Source of the DNA: Macrostomum hystrix
Lineage: Eukaryota; Animalia; Platyhelminthes
NCBI GenBank assembly: GCA_950097015.1
Contig: CATNEN010000009.1
Span: 1,054,001-1,118,000, forward strand
Length of the DNA: 64,000 nt
Direction: 5' to 3'
Shown here: positions 59,801 to 64,000 of the stretch, in pieces
Position numbering within the stretch: the first letter of the stretch is position 1
Layout of the letters: the number at the start of each line of letters is the position of its first letter
Translations under genes and position numbers: made by a program
The notes under the pieces: generated by a model
The model's database searches: none
Seen by the model: the letters and a program-made list of their open reading frames with translations, nothing else
Told to the model about the DNA's origin: nothing

Positions 59801-60454
59801 ATGGCCGACCTCAGACGTCAGGGCGGCGTCGGGAGCAGCGACTCAACCCGCCGGCTGCTGTCCTACGTGGCCGAGTTCGTGGAGATCCTGCTGCACCAGC
59901 TGCTGCGGCGCCACCGCGCCTATCCCTGCGGCGTCTTCCAGCTGCGCCAGCGCTACGGCCTGCCGCTCTGGCAGTGCGCGCACCCGCGCGTGGCCGAGTA
60001 CACCGCCGCCGTTGCCAGCACCTTCGAGATGTGCGCCAGCTTTGTCGACCGGCTGCGAGTGAAATTCCGGCCGAGCGGCGGAGAGCCGCCAGTCAGCTAC
60101 TGCCTGCTGCTGCGCCTGCGGCCACAACATTTCGAGGACTGCGCCGACACCTGCCTGCGGCTAGAGGCTCAACTGGCCCGCCTGCTGCTGCGCCTGCTGC
60201 CAGACGAAGCTGACGCCCTCACTGAGGAGTCTCAGCCAGCTGCGGGCGACACCAGCTGGAGCGTGGAGTTTGTCTCCAGGCAGCCGTTGGAGGACCTTGC
60301 CAGTCCGCACTTTCCCATCGGCCGTGTCAGCGCCGGCGGAGGCGGCGGCTCGCTGCAGCCGCTTGCCAGCGCAGTGGCGCCGTTCATCGGCCTCGACCTG
60401 GCCATGGAGGAGCTGTCGTTGTCGCCGAAAACTGCCGATGATGTCGACTATTGA
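59801..60454 (+). CDS. MAD2L2: HORMA-domain protein, MAD2L2/REV7 homolog, 217 aa, intronless
   Basis: AEFVEILLHQLLRRHRAYPCGVFQLRQRYGLPLWQCAHPRVAEY resembles the REV7 segment [44 protein letters not shown]; C-terminal LQPLASAV...LAMEE resembles LIPLKTM...LYVEE; ATG at 59801 follows a TTCCAG acceptor-like site. Confidence 0.8.
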   Translation: MADLRRQGGVGSSDSTRRLLSYVAEFVEILLHQLLRRHRAYPCGVFQLRQRYGLPLWQCAHPRVAEYTAAVASTFEMCASFVDRLRVKFRPSGGEPPVSYCLLLRLRPQHFEDCADTCLRLEAQLARLLLRLLPDEADALTEESQPAAGDTSWSVEFVSRQPLEDLASPHFPIGRVSAGGGGGSLQPLASAVAPFIGLDLAMEELSLSPKTADDVDY

Positions 60455-60702
60455 ATTGCAGCGCTGTCCCAGACTCAGATCCATATGACACGTCTTTCGG
60501 CCTATTTAAAATCCTCAAACTGAGTTTCTCAAAGCCTTGAAAAAGTTGCTTATCTATGTACAGTGCTGGACATACTCCATCTAATTTGCTCATATCATAT
60601 ATGAATAAATATATATATATAGTCTTTTATGAATGAATTGTTCATTACATTTTGCTGCCGTGAATCATATGGAGACAGATTTTTAAACACTAGCAAAAAT
60701 AT

Positions 60703-62165
60703 GTTGATAGACTAGCCTGTCAGAATCTGCTGATAGACTAGCCTGTCAGAATCTGATGATAGACTAGCCTGTCAGAATCTGCTGATAAACTAGCCTGTCA
60801 GAATCTGATGATAGACTAGCCTGTCAGAATCTGCTGATAGACTAGCCTGTCAGAATCTGATGATAGACTAGCCTGTCAGAATCTGAAGATAAACTAGCCT
60901 GTCAGAATCTGATGATAGACTAGCCTGTCAGAATCTGTTGATATACTAGCCTGTCAGAATCTGCTGATATACTAGCCTGTCAGAATCTGTTGATATACTA
61001 GCCTGTCAGAATCTGCTGATATACTAGCCTGTCAGAATCTGTTGATATACTAGCCTGTCAGAATCTGATGATAGACTAGCCTGTCAGAATCTGATGATAG
61101 ACTAGCCTGTCAGAATCTGATGATATACTAGCCTGTCAGAATCTGCTGATAGACTAGCCTGTCAGAATCTGTTGATATACTAGCCTGTCAGAATCTGTTG
61201 ATATACTAGCCTGTCAGAATCTGCTGATATACTAGCCTGTCAGAATCTGTTGATAGACTAGCCTGTCAGAATCTGATGATAGACTAGCCTGTCAGAATCT
61301 GCTGATAGACTAGCCTGTCAGAATCTGTTGATAGACTAGCCTGTCAGAATCTGATGATAGACTAGCCTGTCAGAATCTGTTGATAGACTAGCCTGTCAGA
61401 ATCTGATGATAGACTAGCCTGTCAGAATCTGCTGATAGACTAGCCTGTCAGAATCTGCTGATATACTAGCCTGTCAGAATCTGCTGATAGACTAGCCTGT
61501 CAGAATCTGTTGATATACTAGCCTGTCAGAATCTGTTGATAGACTAGCCTGTCAGAATCTGTTGATATACTAGCCTGTCAGAATCTGTTGATATACTAGC
61601 CTGTCAGAATCTGTTGATAGACTAGCCTGTCAGAATCTGCTGATATACTAGCCTGTCAGAATCTGCTGATAGACTAGCCTGTCAGAATCTGCTGATAGAC
61701 TAGCCTGTCAGAATCTGCTGATAGACTAGCCTGTCAGAATCTGATGATAGACTAGCCTGTCAGAATCTGATGATAGACTAGCCTGTCAGAATCTGATGAT
61801 AGACTAGCCTGTCAGAATCTGTTGATATACTAGCCTGTCAGAATCTGTTGATATACTAGCCTGTCAGAATCTGTTGATATACTAGCCTGTCAGAATCTGC
61901 TGATAGACTAGCCTGTCAGAATCTGCTGATAGACTAGCCTGTCAGAATCTGCTGATATACTAGCCTGTCAGAATCTGTTGATATACTAGCCTGTCAGAAT
62001 CTGCTGATAGACTAGCCTGTCAGAATCTGCTGATAGACTAGCCTGTCAGAATCTGCTGATATACTAGCCTGTCAGAATCTGCTGATAGACTAGCCTGTCA
62101 GAATCTGCTGATAGACTAGCCTGTCAGAATCTGCTGATAGACTAGCCTGTCAGAATCTGCTGATA
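60703..62165. repeat. 26-bp minisatellite (GATAGACTAGCCTGTCAGAATCTGCT), ~56 copies
   Basis: 26-bp periodicity. Confidence 0.95.
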
Positions 62166-62928
62166 AAGATAGCCTTAATTGAGCCAATTGAAATTCAGAG
62201 TGAAAATGAAGGCTCTGAGTGCAACTCTACAGAATTTTATCCTTAATTTGAGTCAATTTGAATCCTATATTTTACGGCATTTGACTATTTCGAATTAAAA
62301 AACGCGAAGAAGTAATATTACCGGATCTTAATCAATTTAGCTATTACAACAAAAGCCTCAAGTACAAGCAATACAAAATATTTAACACGCTACAGTCACG
62401 GACTTCTATGTGTATTGTTCTCATCAATAAGTTAAGCAACTTTAACAATAGCTTTCATTTTATAGTATCACAGCTACAGAGAAAACATCTTATTGTACAG
62501 AAACAGGACAGGGCAGAGAAGCAGGTAACTGGTGTGTTGAGCGAGCCAATCTGAGCATGGGTATTTATTGTGACAAGTGTCAAAATGTCAGCGTGCACCA
62601 ACAGTGTTCAGTTAAGAGCACTGAAAACAATCTGGGTAAACAGTGCTCATCAACTGGAGCAGCTCTCTAATTAATTAGAAAGGCGTGTAAAATGCTTAAA
62701 ATTCAAATAAGTCTGCGGAAATTATAATATTAAAATTTATGCGCTTTTCAAGGGCAGAACTTGGTTTTTTGGAGAAAAACTGGCATGAATGAAGCCATGA
62801 AAGTGGAAGAGCTGAGTTGGAAATGCTGCGAAATCTCTGCGTACAGCAAAATAGCAAATTTTACTCATTAGCACGGCCAGTTTTTACCTTTGAGACTTTG
62901 ATTCAGGATTGCTAAATTTTAGAAAATA

Positions 62929-63168
62929 CAATCCACTGGAATCCCTAATCAATTGGCTAGGCTAGCAATCCTCTGGAATCCTTAATTAATTGGCTAGGCT
63001 AGCAATCCTCTGGAATCCTTAATTAATTGGCTAGGCTAGCAATCCACTGGAATCCTTAATTAATTGGCTAGGCTAGCAATCCTCTGGAATCCCAAATCAA
63101 TTGGCTAGGCTAGCAATCCTATGGAATCCTTAATTAATTGGCTAGGCTAGCAATCCTCTGGAATCCCC
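62929..63168. repeat. 37-bp tandem repeat (AATCCTCTGGAATCCTTAATTAATTGGCTAGGCTAGC), ~6 copies
   Basis: Direct periodicity; ends just before the stop codon of the minus-strand gene. Confidence 0.88.
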
Positions 63169-63185
63169 AGTATATTGGCATGGAG

Positions 63186-64000
63186 TCAGTCCCTCAGCGT
63201 CAGCGTGGCAAGCATGTCGCTCACTACCTCGTCAGCTCCATCGTCCTCCGCCATCGCCGAAGCAGAACCTGCGGCCGCGCTGCCCCCCGGCAAATCGGCC
63301 AGCTGGTCCTCGTCCAGCAGCACAAAGTCGTCTTCGTCAGCGGCGGCTTGGTGGTCGGAGTTGGACAGCGAGCTGAAGCTGTAGCTGCCACCGGCTGACT
63401 GGGCCTGGTCGTCCTCGTCCTCCTGGAGCTCGCGCTGGCTGAACTCGGCCTCCTGCTCGGGCCCGACCTCCGATGAGTGCAGGTGGCGCAGGTAGAGCGC
63501 GGCCCGTCTGTAGCGGGGCTCCAGCAGCACCGAGCCTGCGCGGCAGGTCTTTGGATGATCGGGCCCGTACACCAGCTGAATGACCTCCGCCCAGCGCCGA
63601 AAATACATGTAGGCCCGGAGGAAGCAGGACTGGGGAGGCCGAGTGGTCAGATATTAGATACGACTCACCTGCCTGTCTCAAACTTGGCTTCATCAAACTA
63701 AATGACGTCATCAAACTAAATGACGTCATCAAACTGGTTAACATAAACAAACTGAATGAACCTAACTATCTGAATTACCTAAATTTTATTATTCTGAGGT
63801 TATGCAAGCCTCATCTGATCTCAAAGAACTTTGTCGCACAAATGTCCGCAGCCTCCAGGAGCTCACCTTGTCCTCGTAGGCGATGCCGATGTTGATGTAC
63901 AACCGGCCCACCAGGCGGTGGCAGTCGCCGAACAGCAGGCGGGCCAGCCGCAGAGCCGCCTTGTACAGCCGCAGCTGGCGGTCTGAGCCACGCTTGGCCA
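63186..64000 (-). CDS. TPR-repeat protein (kinesin-light-chain-like TPRs) with acidic tail; last two exons (>64000-63867, 63629-63186)
   Basis: LYKAALRLARLLFGDCHRLVGRLYINIGIAYEDK|SCFLRAYMYFRRWAEVIQLVYGPDHPKT; AAG|GTGAG donor, CAG acceptor, phase 0. Confidence 0.75.

Overview
Eukaryotic animal genomic DNA: GT-AG introns, GC-rich codons, many minisatellites. A free-living flatworm such as Macrostomum is my inference, not something the sequence proves. The left ~46 kb is a tandem segmental duplication (end of one unit, then two more units) carrying five intronless EGFR/ErbB-family genes of two alternating types. Type A (1087 aa; partial copy 1-702, 12420-15683, 35921-39184) has the full L1-CR1-L2-CR2-TM-kinase layout. 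Type B (823 aa; 4995-7466, 22704-25175) has an in-frame 783-nt deletion removing most of domain II and all of domain III. A and B have diverged N-terminal L1 domains and C-terminal tails but nearly identical CR2-TM-kinase DNA, and single variants are shared across types between neighbouring copies, suggesting gene conversion. The duplication junction joins the minisatellite-filled last intron of an acyl-protein thioesterase gene to a minisatellite upstream of type B, leaving two orphan LYPLA terminal exons. The most complete unit also carries a 3-exon, ~625-aa secreted protein with a tandemly duplicated domain I cannot name; the ORF track splits it in two. The right ~18 kb is single copy: intact LYPLA1/2-like (-), ANKRD13C-like (+, 7 exons), MAD2L2/REV7-like (+) and the 3' end of a TPR gene (-), interleaved with distinct minisatellites. 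Two tRNA-derived SINE families and MITE-like elements are also present. All alignments and counts were made by eye.
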